A stretch of 64,000 bases of DNA from an uncultured Verrucomicrobiae bacterium (GCA_963788655.1 CAWBHS010000060.1:64001-128000); one strand, 5' to 3'; numbered from the stretch's first letter, positions 42,201 to 51,674 are shown. Notes: generated from the sequence alone by a model not told the origin. Program-made: numbers and translations.

Positions 42201-42638
42201 CACGATCGCCGGCAAGGCGCCGCCCATCAGAAACGTGGGGACCAGCAGCACCGCTGCGGCCAGCAACCAACGCATCACCATGCCCAAGGCCAAACCGAGC
42301 GCAGTCGCCCCACCGAGGGCCACATAAGCCTGGCGCACCCAGTCCAGGAGAAATGGCGTTCCTGCGGCGAATAAACCAACGCCCAATTCCAGGAAGGCAA
42401 AGCAACGGAAAGGACGTTTGAAGCCATCGACTTTTCGGCCGAGGATCAGACTACCCGCGCCCAAGCCGGCCAAGAAACAGGCCAGCACGGCAGCGATGGC
42501 GGGCGTCGAAGCGCCGAAAATCAGCCGGAACTCGCGCAGCCAGGTGACTTGATACACCATGGCGCACAGCCCCGAACCAAAAACACAAAACACCGCCGGG
42601 AGCATCCCGCCGGATTGCCGGTATCCTGATGAACGCAT
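39228..42638 (-). CDS. Fused multi-TM (MFS-like) / spermidine synthase-like protein with helical C-terminus
   Basis: SGLCAMVYQVTWLR and a second TM repeat, LVLGLGTGSTAG, VDVVEVEPAV, GDARDYL, YDLIASEPANP and LFTREFY. Confidence 0.85.
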   Translation of the reverse strand: MRSSGYRQSGGMLPAVFCVFGSGLCAMVYQVTWLREFRLIFGASTPAIAAVLACFLAGLGAGSLILGRKVDGFKRPFRCFAFLELGVGLFAAGTPFLLDWVRQAYVALGGATALGLALGMVMRWLLAAAVLLVPTFLMGGALPAIVRAVQSGVDDRRRRAAALYGLNALGAVVGVMFATFYLAEQFGNRHTLWGACIFNGCVALVAWAWSRRIDSAANEEDGTMESGGSVARPAAVPELSSGGLTGFVVAAAALAGFALLLMEQVWHRMLSPLLGGSTFTWGLILAGSLLGIAAGSLGYSLGRGHQRATLRGFGMVCALEALFLIGPYALGDRLAVLAMVLQPLGSLSFTMRVVEWSIITLLIVFPASLLAGVQFPMLLALLGRARDGVGRHTGLVFGWHTMGAIAGVLAGGFGVLPLLTAPGAWRLVAGVLLMLALAALALSLQWDEDSAAELVVYDTEILPDPGRDEIWTEQVENRSGFFQRLWLLTPQVAVVALIVVLLRTDGPTAFWRHGLIATGQVKVQAPTPNELRQLANRQRWTLYWEAEGREGSVAVTRANGFALALSGKLAGNARSDAGTQVMLGLLPAMLHPEPQRGLVLGLGTGSTAGWLADVPRMQFVDVVEVEPAVETVAALCAPVNHHVLANPKVRLQIGDARDYLLTTSLDYDLIASEPANPFRPGAASLFTREFYQMVDRRLRPHGMFAQWIQGNLVDGETLAGAYATLSTVFPVVETWRTHNDDLLLIATREPLVYNVGQLRERIKLEPFKSALAEVWRVSDLEGVFAHYAANSALARAVAMAGASVNTDDQNQLEFAFARTAGCPTGFGAEILQRAAEDEKCDQPAVQNGKLNWSQLPDRRVSNFVVDQQSNFLVASDSQSFRIRTAAKKAWLENDLPAASRIWETQSAEPADLMELLVVAEGLADRADDRALPYIEKLRAWFPIEAAAVQAHLLWRQGKIKQALPLVEKSIVAWRQYPWTPVRVMDCTLDIARDIAFRGEEKKQLEPVSAMLEKPFALHLLDRERAEVCLEFAREMDNAFPFRKTRKALAGFEPAIPWNREFLAMRAECYRRTEDPRARIAAHDLQQFEAGEARPFPLTRRSQLAQSSQKSTSRRARLWPAPDTVQARETPAASEPK

Positions 42639-42812
42639 AGTCTTATTGCTGCGGGCCTTTTGGCATCCATTCCGGAGGGCCGTTGTTAATTATCTGGCGC
42701 GCATCGCCGGGGAAAAACCTGCCTCTCCTGGTCAGAAATGGTCCCGTTCACCGCGGCCAATACGCGCATTGAGCACCGCATCTCCATTAAGCAGTCGGCG
42801 GGCCATTTGGCG

Positions 42813-43000
42813 TGAAGCGTGAAGCATGAAGGGATGAAGGGATGAAACGGCGGGACCATTGGCTGAATTCCACAGGTTTTAAAAGTGGGTTATCAGCGAC
42901 CGGGGGAAGACTCTTAGATTCGGCAGCGAATACCGTCACCGCACCGAATTTAGATGAACCCAACAGTCACCTCGTGAACCCCTTCACGCTTCACGCTTCA
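42813..43000. repeat. Long-range inverted repeat built of TGAAGCG/TGAAGGG(A) short tandem units
   Basis: TGAAGCGTGAAGCATGAAGGG (42813-42833) vs CCCTTCACGCTTCACGCTTCA (42980-43000) are 20/21 complementary. Confidence 0.65.
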
Positions 43001-43072
43001 ACTCTTCAACCACCCCATCCCCCCTCGACAAACCGCGCCAACCGCTCCTATGCTCCCGCTCATCGCCTGACC

Positions 43073-46000
43073 ATGAACACTGTTTCTCGATCATCGTGGA
43101 TGCCGATCCTGCTGGGCGGCGCAATCATTGCCTTCGGTTCGAACGTGGCCGCGCAGCCAAAGCCAACCAACAACGTGTGGCGCCTCGCCTGGTCGGATAA
43201 TTTCGCGCGCACCGAACTGGGCACCAATTGGTTCGTGCGCAGCGGAGAAGCCACCATTCGTGATGGCCGGTTGTATCTCAGCGGTGCCGGTGCCACCTTG
43301 CTGTCCGAACGCACTTTCGGACCCGACGTAAAAATGGAGTTCATCGCCGAGGCCAATCCGGACCTGCCGCCCTGCGATCTTTCCGCCACCCTGTGCGCCA
43401 ATCGGTTGTTTGGCTGGACTTACCTCTTTGCCTTCGGGGGCCGCAACAATCAGGTCAACCAACTATTGAGCGCCTCGCAGCGGGTGGTGGATCAACATCC
43501 ACCGTTCCTGATTGAGGCCGGTCGCAAATACCGGCTGACCGCCGTCAAGGAAGGGAAACGATTGTCGTATTTCGTCGATGGCCGAAAAATCCTCGAAGCA
43601 GTCGATGACGATCCGGTGGGTGGCCCCGGATTTGATCGCGCCGGCTTGGTGACTTGGAACGGAATGTGGGTGGACGAGGTGAACATCTACGAACGCGTTC
43701 CTCCGGCACCGGACGGACCGCGGATTCTGCGGACGCTGCCGGACGCCGGCTATCGCTGGCAGAATCGGAAGCTGACGTATTTCGGCTCATCGAACCAGCC
43801 GATCGCTCGCGCGATTGCGGCGTACAATTCCGAACGCTTTCGAAACGCGTTCGATCAACTTGCCAGCATCAAGCCACCCACACTCGCCTCGGTGGTTGGA
43901 TTGGCGTGGGTGTTGGGCGACCTGAACTATCAGGATCGGCCCGACGACCAAAGGCAACTGGCCGCTTTGGCGAACACCGTGGCGCAGGAACGATCGAACG
44001 ATCAACCGGCCAAAGACTTCGCCCTGGCCGCTGACTGGTTTGCCCGCGTCAGTCTCCGGAGCCGGGATCGCCGGGCCGTGACGCGACTGGTATCCATTGG
44101 CCCCGACCACAATCCATTCTATTACAAAGCTTCCTTGTTTCGCGCCCGTTACCACTACGCCTCGGCGCGGGAAGGCGCCGACCAACACCGTGTTCGCGAA
44201 GCCCTCGACCTGTTCGCCGAGTTGAAGGCGCTGTGGCCGGAGAGTCTGCCCTTGCGCGAATTTGCCGGCGAACGAGTGCTATGGCGCAATGATTTGATTT
44301 GGCCCGAATCAGCAGGACCGGCTTGGGCTCGGTATCTTCAGGAAGCCTTCGCGCGGCAACACGCGATCCTTGATTGGTGGTTCACTCAGCGTCAAGCGCC
44401 GGATGGTTCGTTGGGCGGCGGCTGGGGCGATGACGTGGAAATTCTGCGCTCGTGGGTTCCGGTCGCGTGCATCACCAGCGCGGGAACAACCGCCCTGAAC
44501 GGAATTGAAAAGCTGGCCGACGGGGTGTGGAAACACGACCTCAAGGACGGTTATGAGCCGGGCGTGGGCGACGTGGAACATAGCGCGGAACCGTCTGCCG
44601 ATACGTTGCCGACGATGCTCTTGCTGCGTTACGGCGATCCGCTATGGATCGAACGCAACCTGCGTTCCGCGCGGACCATTCGGGAGAAGTTCATGGCCAT
44701 GAACCAGCGGGGGCATCTGCAATTCATTTCCTCCGAGTTCGGTGCCGACGGCGTCAATACCCATCCACGCGCCGGTGGCGATACCGGTTACCACGCGCGG
44801 GCAATGAAGCATTTTCTCTGGCTCGCGTGGTGGGGAGTGCCCGAGGCGAGCAACACATTTCTCGAATGGTGCGACACATGGCGCGATGCCACCATGCGCC
44901 GGATTGGCAGCAAACCGCCTGGCTTCGCGCCCGCCAGTATCTTTTATCCTTCCGGGGGAATTGAACCGCCCATTGGCCGCCCGTGGTTTGATCCGGCGGC
45001 CAATTTCTACGGTTTTCCCGGCCTGCCCACGATGGTGCATGATGCCTTGCTGACCGCCAATTTCCTCAGTGGTGACCGGCGGTTCCTCGAACCGGTGCAG
45101 TCGATGCTCGACCAGGCAACCACCGGACCACTGCTCAGCTTCAACGACCAGTTGCCTCCCGATCACCCGGACAACTTGCGTTCGCACATCGTTCACGAAG
45201 CCACTCCGAACATCACGGCAGTATATCACTGGCTCACTGGTGAACGCGTATATGACGAATACACGTTGCGCCGATGCACCGCCCGGCAACGTTTCGAGGT
45301 CAACGGTGACCGCGTACAATACGAAGCGTCATTTCAAAGACTGGCGGAATCGATGCGTTACCGCTGGACTCAGCGCACCAGCGAAGTGCTCCAGACCGAT
45401 CGCGCTGGATTGGAAGGTGCGACCACAGTGCTGGAGGCTTACACCGGTGCCGTGCGGGATTTTCGCGACGCCAGCACGCCAAGCATGGCCGTTACGTGGA
45501 TCACGCCAGACCTAAACTTCGCCGCGCTGGTCACCGAGGCCACGCCGCAACGCCTGCGCGTGCGGCTTTACAATTTCAACGGGACGCCACAGCGGATGGC
45601 TCTGCGGCCGTGGCGACTTGAGTCCGGCGTCTATGTGTTTCATGCCGGCGAAGCGGTGTCCGCTGAAAGGCCCGGATTGGAACGTTATCTTTGGGGCGCG
45701 CCGAGTGATGTTGAACTGCGCCACCGTGCGGCGCCGCTTTGGTTCGAACTGCCGCCGCAAAAAGTTTGGGTGGTGGATATGCGATTGCGCCAATCCATCA
45801 CCAACTCCCCTGCCCTGCCCGATCTGGCCATTGCCGCGCGGGATGTTCGTCTCGAATCGAACCGTGTGTCCGTCACCGTTCACAATATTGGTGCGGCTGC
45901 GGCCAAAAACTTCTCGGTAGCAATCGAACAATCGACTGCGGGCAATTGGAGTCGGCTGGCCAAGACCACGGTGGATCGATTGGACTCGATCCATAACTTC

Positions 46001-46157
46001 CAACCTTCCACTCGGACGGTGACGTTCCCGATGCCGGACCGGCCAAATATCGAATGATCTGCGGGTGGTGGTGGATCCGGTGGAGAAAGTGACCGAACTC
46101 TGCGAGGAGAATAACCGCGTGGACGTCTTGGCGCCGATGGGTACAAGATCGCGTTAA
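43073..46157 (+). CDS. Secreted hypothetical protein: ConA-like beta-sandwich + helical/toroid core + C-terminal CARDB (apparent frameshift near 46050)
   Basis: Signal peptide (NVAA|Q) and WSDNF...W start of a beta-sandwich. The CARDB domain (LPDLAI...VTVHNIG) is completed in the next frame by LRVVVDPVEKVTELCEENN, with stop at 46157. Confidence 0.65.
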
Positions 46158-46160
46158 AAT

Positions 46161-46305
46161 CGCGCCAGCGTTTGGAGTGCGTCCGGCTTGCCGGCGCTTT
46201 TCGGAGTGAGCGAGGCTGGCGAACACAACTGCGCTGAGTGAATCGTTACGCGCCCTCTACCCAATGAAAGCGGGAGCAAGCTCCGCGCACTCCAATCGCT
46301 TCGCG
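46161..46305. repeat. Inverted REP pair (family B)
   Basis: Opposite-orientation copy of the arms at 26754-26898 (41/41 and 36/39 identity) with a different spacer. Lies between convergent genes. Confidence 0.85.
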
Positions 46306-46436
46306 ACTTTGGCCGCTATTGGCAAGCTAATCATGCCACTTATCCAGTTCGATACGAACGCAACGAATCTCGATCCCGTCACTGTTCGTTTTCGTCATCG
46401 TTGGCATTTCGATCGCATCCAGCATCCTCGCCCCTC

Positions 46437-46943
46437 TCACATTCCCATCTTGCGAAGTTCAGTTTCGAGGGCCAGTTGAAACTCCTGCACGTCAGCGGCG
46501 GCCGGACGATACCCTTGCTGGCTGGGAATCATCCCCAACCGGCCCATTTGATCAAGATGCCATTGCGCCGATTGCCCGTCGCTGAAGGTCACGCGTCCGC
46601 TGACCACCGCACCCGGCCGCGTGATCTGATCCAGACTAACGGATACGCGTCCTGCCGCCGGCGACGCTCCGGGGGTTTCTTCGGCCCAATCCTCTGTCGA
46701 TTGGCCGGCTGGCGCTTCGGCGACGCCCGGTTGGGCCGTTCCTGGTTTCTGCGCCATTTCGGGAGGGTTCTCATGTTCCGTATCTTTCGGGATCAACTTG
46801 AGATCATCGATCAAGAAGCGCACCTCCATATACGTCAGGCGGACGCCAAAGTCGGTTTCCAGTTTCTTCTGCACGTCGGAAAGCTTTAAGCCCTGGGCGA
46901 GCCAGTCCGCCACCTGCCGTTTTTGTTCATCGGTCAAATTCAT
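46437..46943 (-). CDS. Hypothetical protein (N-terminal HTH-like helices, C-terminal beta domain)
   Basis: Clean ORF with RBS-like AGGGA and protein-like composition (MNLTDEQKRQVADWLAQGLKLSDVQK...SGRVTFSDGQSAQWHLDQMGRLG). Confidence 0.75.
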   Translation of the reverse strand: MNLTDEQKRQVADWLAQGLKLSDVQKKLETDFGVRLTYMEVRFLIDDLKLIPKDTEHENPPEMAQKPGTAQPGVAEAPAGQSTEDWAEETPGASPAAGRVSVSLDQITRPGAVVSGRVTFSDGQSAQWHLDQMGRLGMIPSQQGYRPAAADVQEFQLALETELRKMGM

Positions 46944-47055
46944 ATTGTCCCTGTATTCGGCGGGATTGGCGCCCGCAATTCAACTGAAATTTTACTCAAA
47001 ACATTTCCATCTCCGCCTTTGACTATTGCCCTGACCGTGCTAGAAAATCAGTTTC

Positions 47056-48438
47056 ATGAAAACTTCCATCACCCGTCGTCAATTCATCCGCCGCACCTCC
47101 ACTGCCGTCCTGGCGGCGTCATCCTTCCCCACGCTGATTCCCGCTTCAGCCCTCGGCGCAAACGGCGCCACCGCGCCCAGTAATCGTGTAGTCGTTGGCG
47201 CCATCGGCGTCGGGCCGCAAGGCCGCGGTGACTTGGGTGGGTTCCTCGCGCAACCGGACGTGCAAGTCGTCGCACTGTGCGACGTGGCCCAGCGTAATCT
47301 CAACGCCGCACGCAATCAGGTGAACCAACGCTACCAAAACCAGGATTGCAAAACCTACGGCGACTTTCGCAAATTACTCGCCCGGTCCGACATCGACGCG
47401 GTGTTGATCGCCACGCCGGATCATTGGCACGTGCCGGTGGCCATTGCTGCCGCCAAGGCTGGCAAGGACATGTATTTGGAGAAACCGATGGGGCTCTCGA
47501 TTGCTGAAGACCAGATACTCCGCAAAGTCTGCCAACAAAAGAAACGCATCTTCCAATTCGGCACCCAACAGCGGTCCAGCCGCGAGTTCCGCCGGGCCTG
47601 CGAACTGGTCCGCAACGGCAAGATCGGCCGGTTGAAACAGATCGATGTCTGGTGCGCCGCCAGCCATCCCGGCGGCTCGACCAAACCCGCGCCTGTGCCC
47701 GATGGATTGAATTACGATTTCTGGCTCGGCCCTGCCTCCTACACGCCGTACACCGATGGCAAGGCCTTCGACAACTTTCCGCCCGGCACCTGGAAGACCT
47801 GGTGGTTCAATTACGATTACGCGTTGGGCTTCGTCGCGGGTTGGGGCGTTCACCCGCTCGACATCGCTTACTGGGGCCACCCGGCCATGATGAACGGACC
47901 ACTGGAAGTGGAAGGCAAAGGATTGATACCCACCGAAGGCGCCTGCAATACGTCGGTTGCGTGGGATGTGAACTTCAAGTTCGCCGACGGCGTACGCCTT
48001 TGGTATCGCGGCACGCCCAACGGTTGCGAACCCAATACCATGAATGACTTTAAAGAATGGCGAGCCAAGTTCGGCGACATTCGCGACCACGGCACCGCGT
48101 TTGAAGGCACGGACGGCTGGGTCCATGTCTATCGCGGTGGCTTGTTCACCAGCCCGGCCAAACTGGCCGAAGAGTCGCTTGGCCCGAATGACCAACCACT
48201 CCCGGTCAGCACCGGCCACCAGCGCAATTTCATCGAATCCGTTCGCAATCGCAAACCGGCCATCTGCCCGATTGAAGACGCCGTCATCGCCGACACCTTG
48301 TGCCACCTGAGCGACATCGCCACGCGTGTGGACCGCAAATTGACCTGGGATCCGAAGAAGGAAAAATTCCTCAAGGACGACGACGCCAATAAACGCCTCG
48401 AACTGCGCCCCATGCGAGAACCGTGGAAGTTGGGTTGA
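47056..48438 (+). CDS. Tat-exported Gfo/Idh/MocA family oxidoreductase
   Basis: TRRQFI twin-arginine signal, GAIGVGPQG, IATPDHWH, YLEKPM, GTQQRS and WGVHPLD. Confidence 0.92.
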   Translation: MKTSITRRQFIRRTSTAVLAASSFPTLIPASALGANGATAPSNRVVVGAIGVGPQGRGDLGGFLAQPDVQVVALCDVAQRNLNAARNQVNQRYQNQDCKTYGDFRKLLARSDIDAVLIATPDHWHVPVAIAAAKAGKDMYLEKPMGLSIAEDQILRKVCQQKKRIFQFGTQQRSSREFRRACELVRNGKIGRLKQIDVWCAASHPGGSTKPAPVPDGLNYDFWLGPASYTPYTDGKAFDNFPPGTWKTWWFNYDYALGFVAGWGVHPLDIAYWGHPAMMNGPLEVEGKGLIPTEGACNTSVAWDVNFKFADGVRLWYRGTPNGCEPNTMNDFKEWRAKFGDIRDHGTAFEGTDGWVHVYRGGLFTSPAKLAEESLGPNDQPLPVSTGHQRNFIESVRNRKPAICPIEDAVIADTLCHLSDIATRVDRKLTWDPKKEKFLKDDDANKRLELRPMREPWKLG

Positions 48439-48460
48439 AGCGAATGCGAAGAGCAAGCTC

Positions 48461-48530
48461 GTTGCAGCGGACGTGCGTCCGCTCACTTTTCCGGAATCCG
48501 AAAATAGAGCCGGCTCGCGTCGGCTGCTAC
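48461..48530. repeat. Degenerate family A REP pair
   Basis: GTTGCAGCGGACGTG...GCTC and GAGCCGGCTCGCGTCGGCTGCTAC, directly after the oxidoreductase stop. Confidence 0.55.
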
Positions 48531-48550
48531 GGTGAGATGGATAAGGGTCC

Positions 48551-49240
48551 GTGTGGGCGGAATTTCTCGAGCAATACTCGAAATTTCGAGCGCCAATTCC
48601 CCGATTCGGTTCCTCCGACTACCGGCGTAGCCGCACCACCCACCTCTTCTATGACGCCATCACTTTGGGCGACCCTCGGCAGTTCCAGTTTGAGTTCTGT
48701 TTGTGGACGTTGGGCATCATTCGAACCATGCTACAGCAGCAACAAGGTATCGAGTTGAGTAAGAGTGGCGTGAGTCGATTGCTGCGTCACTTAGGTCTTA
48801 GTCCTCAAGTCCCCAAGTATAAGAGCTACCGCCAAGATCCCAAGGCGTTGCGCCGCTACCTGCGCCGCACCTTTGTCGAATTTATCCAGAAGCTACGTGC
48901 CGATGCGGGGCGGCCGATCATTGTGATCGCCGACAACGCCAAGTATCATAAAGAAGGTCCGGTAAAACGCTATCTCAAGCCGACCCCTGAGGGAATCCAG
49001 GTGGCTCACTTGCCGACGTACTCGCCGGAACTAAATTCTGACGAGCAGGTGTGGAATCACTTGAAGCGCCGCCTTGGGAAGCTATTTTTAGAATCCAAAG
49101 AACACTTGAAGGATGAGGTGCGAAAAACCATGTCATCGATTCAACGGTCACTCAGCCTAATTCTTTCGTTCTTCGAGTTAGAAGATACTCGCTACGCTGC
49201 TGAGGCACAATAGATGCAATTACTTACGCAACGTGCTATA
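48551..49240 (+). mobile_element. IS630-family transposase remnant (5'-truncated and internally deleted)
   Basis: Winged-HTH part (LWTLGIIR...GIELSKSGVSRLLRHLGLSPQVP) is fused at 'TF' directly to the late DDE part (IIVIADNAKYH, LPTYSPELNSDEQVW). The segment with the first catalytic Asp is missing. Confidence 0.85.
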
Positions 49241-49871
49241 GGTCGGCCCACAAAGAACGTGGAGAAGGGATTGGTTCAGTCGCATTCTCGGGCGCACCAC
49301 CAATCCCACGGGCCGCGCGGCCCCAAAGCGCCGAAGCTCAAGAAGGCAACCCCGACGCCAACCAATAAGGCAACGTCACCGCGTACCCTGGAGTGCAGCC
49401 ACGATGATGCCCGCCCTCGAAGCCGTCTGCCCGGCACCAAAGAACCATTGTTCGGTTTGGTGCAGCAACATCGGTGAACGCAACGACTGCGGCTGCGTGG
49501 GCGGATGCGCGGCCTGTCTCCGCCGGATTCAGGGCGCGAAACGGAATGAAGCGGAGCCACCGGAACGCGGGCGAGTTGGGAACGTGGGCGAGGTCGCGGA
49601 TGGCGGCGAAGCGGAGTGGAGTGCTGCGCTCGGAACCGGACGGAGTCAGGCGTAGGTCGCGGCGGCAGTCTGCGGATAAATCGCGTAAGCCAGACAAGCA
49701 GGAGCGAGGATAGGTTGGCGGTGCGCTGGCAACCGGAGCGATTTGGTCCGCAGTCTGCCGCCATCCTGTTGAAACGTAATGTAACCAGGGAAGGTGGCGC
49801 AACAGATCGTGGCACATAGCGCCATTAACAGAGATTCGTGGATGTTCCGTAAGCAGCTCCTGCTGACGAAA

Positions 49872-50303
49872 TCAAGAGGTTGGCGCACTGGTAAACGAAG
49901 CGTCCTCCAAATTCCACACGTTGGCGGGCCAATCGATGGCAAGACGCATTTTCAACAGGGCACAGCGACCAATGAGAATGTTCCGGCGCGGAGCGGTGAT
50001 GGCTTTGGTCAGGACTTCCCAGCCGGATGAAAACGCCAAGCGCAAATAATATACTTCCAACTCGCGCGGCGGCTCTTCTTTTCGATAGGTCCACACCAGG
50101 ACTCTCTGGCGCACTTGGTCGAGGTGCAATTCGGCGCCAAGTTCAACCGGAATCACGCTGAGGTCAGCTCCGGTGTCGATGACTCCCTCCCATCGGCGCG
50201 GATGCGCCCGCCCGTCCAACCCACTGACAATCAGGTCGGCGATAACCGGGGCCGGGTATTCGGTCTGTCGGCCACCCACCGCGCGGCTGAGGTTTATTTG
50301 CAC
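49872..50303 (-). CDS. Retropepsin-like (clan AA) aspartic protease
   Basis: VIDTGADLSVIP catalytic motif and ILIGR C-terminal motif in a single-domain 143-aa protein. GTG start with GAGGG upstream. Confidence 0.85.
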   Translation of the reverse strand: MQINLSRAVGGRQTEYPAPVIADLIVSGLDGRAHPRRWEGVIDTGADLSVIPVELGAELHLDQVRQRVLVWTYRKEEPPRELEVYYLRLAFSSGWEVLTKAITAPRRNILIGRCALLKMRLAIDWPANVWNLEDASFTSAPTS

Positions 50304-50313
50304 CTGCGGACCC

Positions 50314-50778
50314 TCACTTGGAAAACTTAAACTCCGGCGTATCTATATGGATCTCGTCCACTCCGTTGTCCGTGACCTTTTGGATGAGCACACGGTGACC
50401 CTGGCCGGAAACCCGTTGGGCGAGGGCAAATTCATCCGCGTCGCGATCCACAATCCGTCCGTTGGAAATGGCAACGAACCGGCCACGGTCAGTTTGGAGC
50501 AACTCCGGTAAAGTCTGGCGGAAAACTTCCAAGTCAAAATCCGTGTGCGCCATCTCGTTTTCCGATTCAGTCGGCACTCGGGCTCCTCGCTCTTCCAGGA
50601 ACGTGACGGTCTGGGAACCGTCCAGGTGCAACAATTGCCCCACTTGAGTGCGGGAGAGCTTGCCCACGCGATAAAACTCGGCGGCAATAGTCTCCAGAAT
50701 TCGGCGGGGGATTTCTCCCGGGGTGGTGGCCACCTGCTGGGCAACGTCGTCTGGCAATTCAAGCGTCACTTCGACCAT
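50314..50778 (-). CDS. UPF0175-like HTH (antitoxin-type) domain fused to a DUF5678-like domain
   Basis: N-half VTLELPDD...IAAEFYRVGKLSRTQVGQLLHL...FLEERG fits the UPF0175 pattern. C-half FRQTLPELLQTDRGRFVAISNGRIVDRDADEFALAQRV fits the DUF5678 pattern. ATG 50778 has AGGA upstream. Confidence 0.7.
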   Translation of the reverse strand: MVEVTLELPDDVAQQVATTPGEIPRRILETIAAEFYRVGKLSRTQVGQLLHLDGSQTVTFLEERGARVPTESENEMAHTDFDLEVFRQTLPELLQTDRGRFVAISNGRIVDRDADEFALAQRVSGQGHRVLIQKVTDNGVDEIHIDTPEFKFSK

Positions 50779-50826
50779 AATCGTTCCTGCATCAACCAAA
50801 GCACGTTCTCCTGCTGTTTCCAAGCT

Positions 50827-50856
50827 ACTTTAGCACAATAGGGACGGCTTCGGCAA
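50827..50856 (-). promoter_or_regulatory. Putative sigma-70 promoter with extended -10 for the two-gene module
   Basis: Minus strand TTGCCG-N18-TAAAGT with TGn preceding the -10. Confidence 0.45.
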
Positions 50857-51119
50857 CGAACATTACCGCCCGTGCTGCGCCGCCCGGAATCCTCGTCCAA
50901 CCAATGCAAGAACTTCGTGCGGCAGCAAATAGCAGGCAACTTGAATCGCGTTCTCGAAAGCCTGGAATGGGGCTGCGTTCGCTCTCGAAGGCGGTGATCG
51001 CGGCGGGTAAGCAAATGAACGTGCTGGTTGCGGCAACAACGAACCGCGGCCCATGAAGCGGGCGTGACCTAGTCACGCTCCCTTTCAGGCACGGGCATGC
51101 CCTTCAAAGAACGCTTTCG

Positions 51120-51405
51120 GACACGCCCGAGTGGGCGTGTCTTCCAGCGCCGTCTTTGAAGTCGAAATTTGCCCGTTTCGAAAGGGACAGCAGCCGAAGC
51201 TACGCGAAATTAAAATGTTTTTGTCTTTAAATCATTCTTCGTTATCTGACGGGCGGAGCGTAGCGCAGGTGGGGCGGCAGTTTCAATGGGTTTTCCACTG
51301 GCGCCAGAATTCGACTCCTCTCCCCGCCCTCCCCTCGTTCGCGGAGAAGAGGGAGATCAATCTCGTTGGGCGCTTTACCCAGGGCAGCGCTACGCTTGCC
51401 CTGGG
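51120..51405. repeat. Cluster of short palindromic/REP-like hairpins
   Basis: GACACGCCC-GAGT-GGGCGTGTC (51120-51141), a CT-rich/GA-rich imperfect hairpin at about 51315-51356, and CCCAGGGCA...TGCCCTGGG (51378-51405). Confidence 0.5.
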
Positions 51406-51674
51406 CTATCATCTCCCGCTCCGATGGCGCTTCAGTGTGCGCCGCTGGCGAAGCAAACTTAGCGACGGGCTTGTCCGAGCTGGTTTTCTATTTACGGCAA
51501 TAAACTTCCCGTCACGAAAGAAATTCGCTACGGTCGTGGTCATGCCATCTCACGCTCGGAACGTTTGGATGCTAAGCCGCATGTATGCAGCGACTGTGGC
51601 TGCGTTCGTGAGAACGCGGCTGACTTCAAAGGGAAATTCTGCGCCAACGGCAGCGTCCCACCGGTCACTGGAGA

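Noticed and set aside
46328..46426. 32-codon minus-strand ORF after the 46437..46943 gene
   Set aside because: It has a plausible RBS but is too short and featureless to support.
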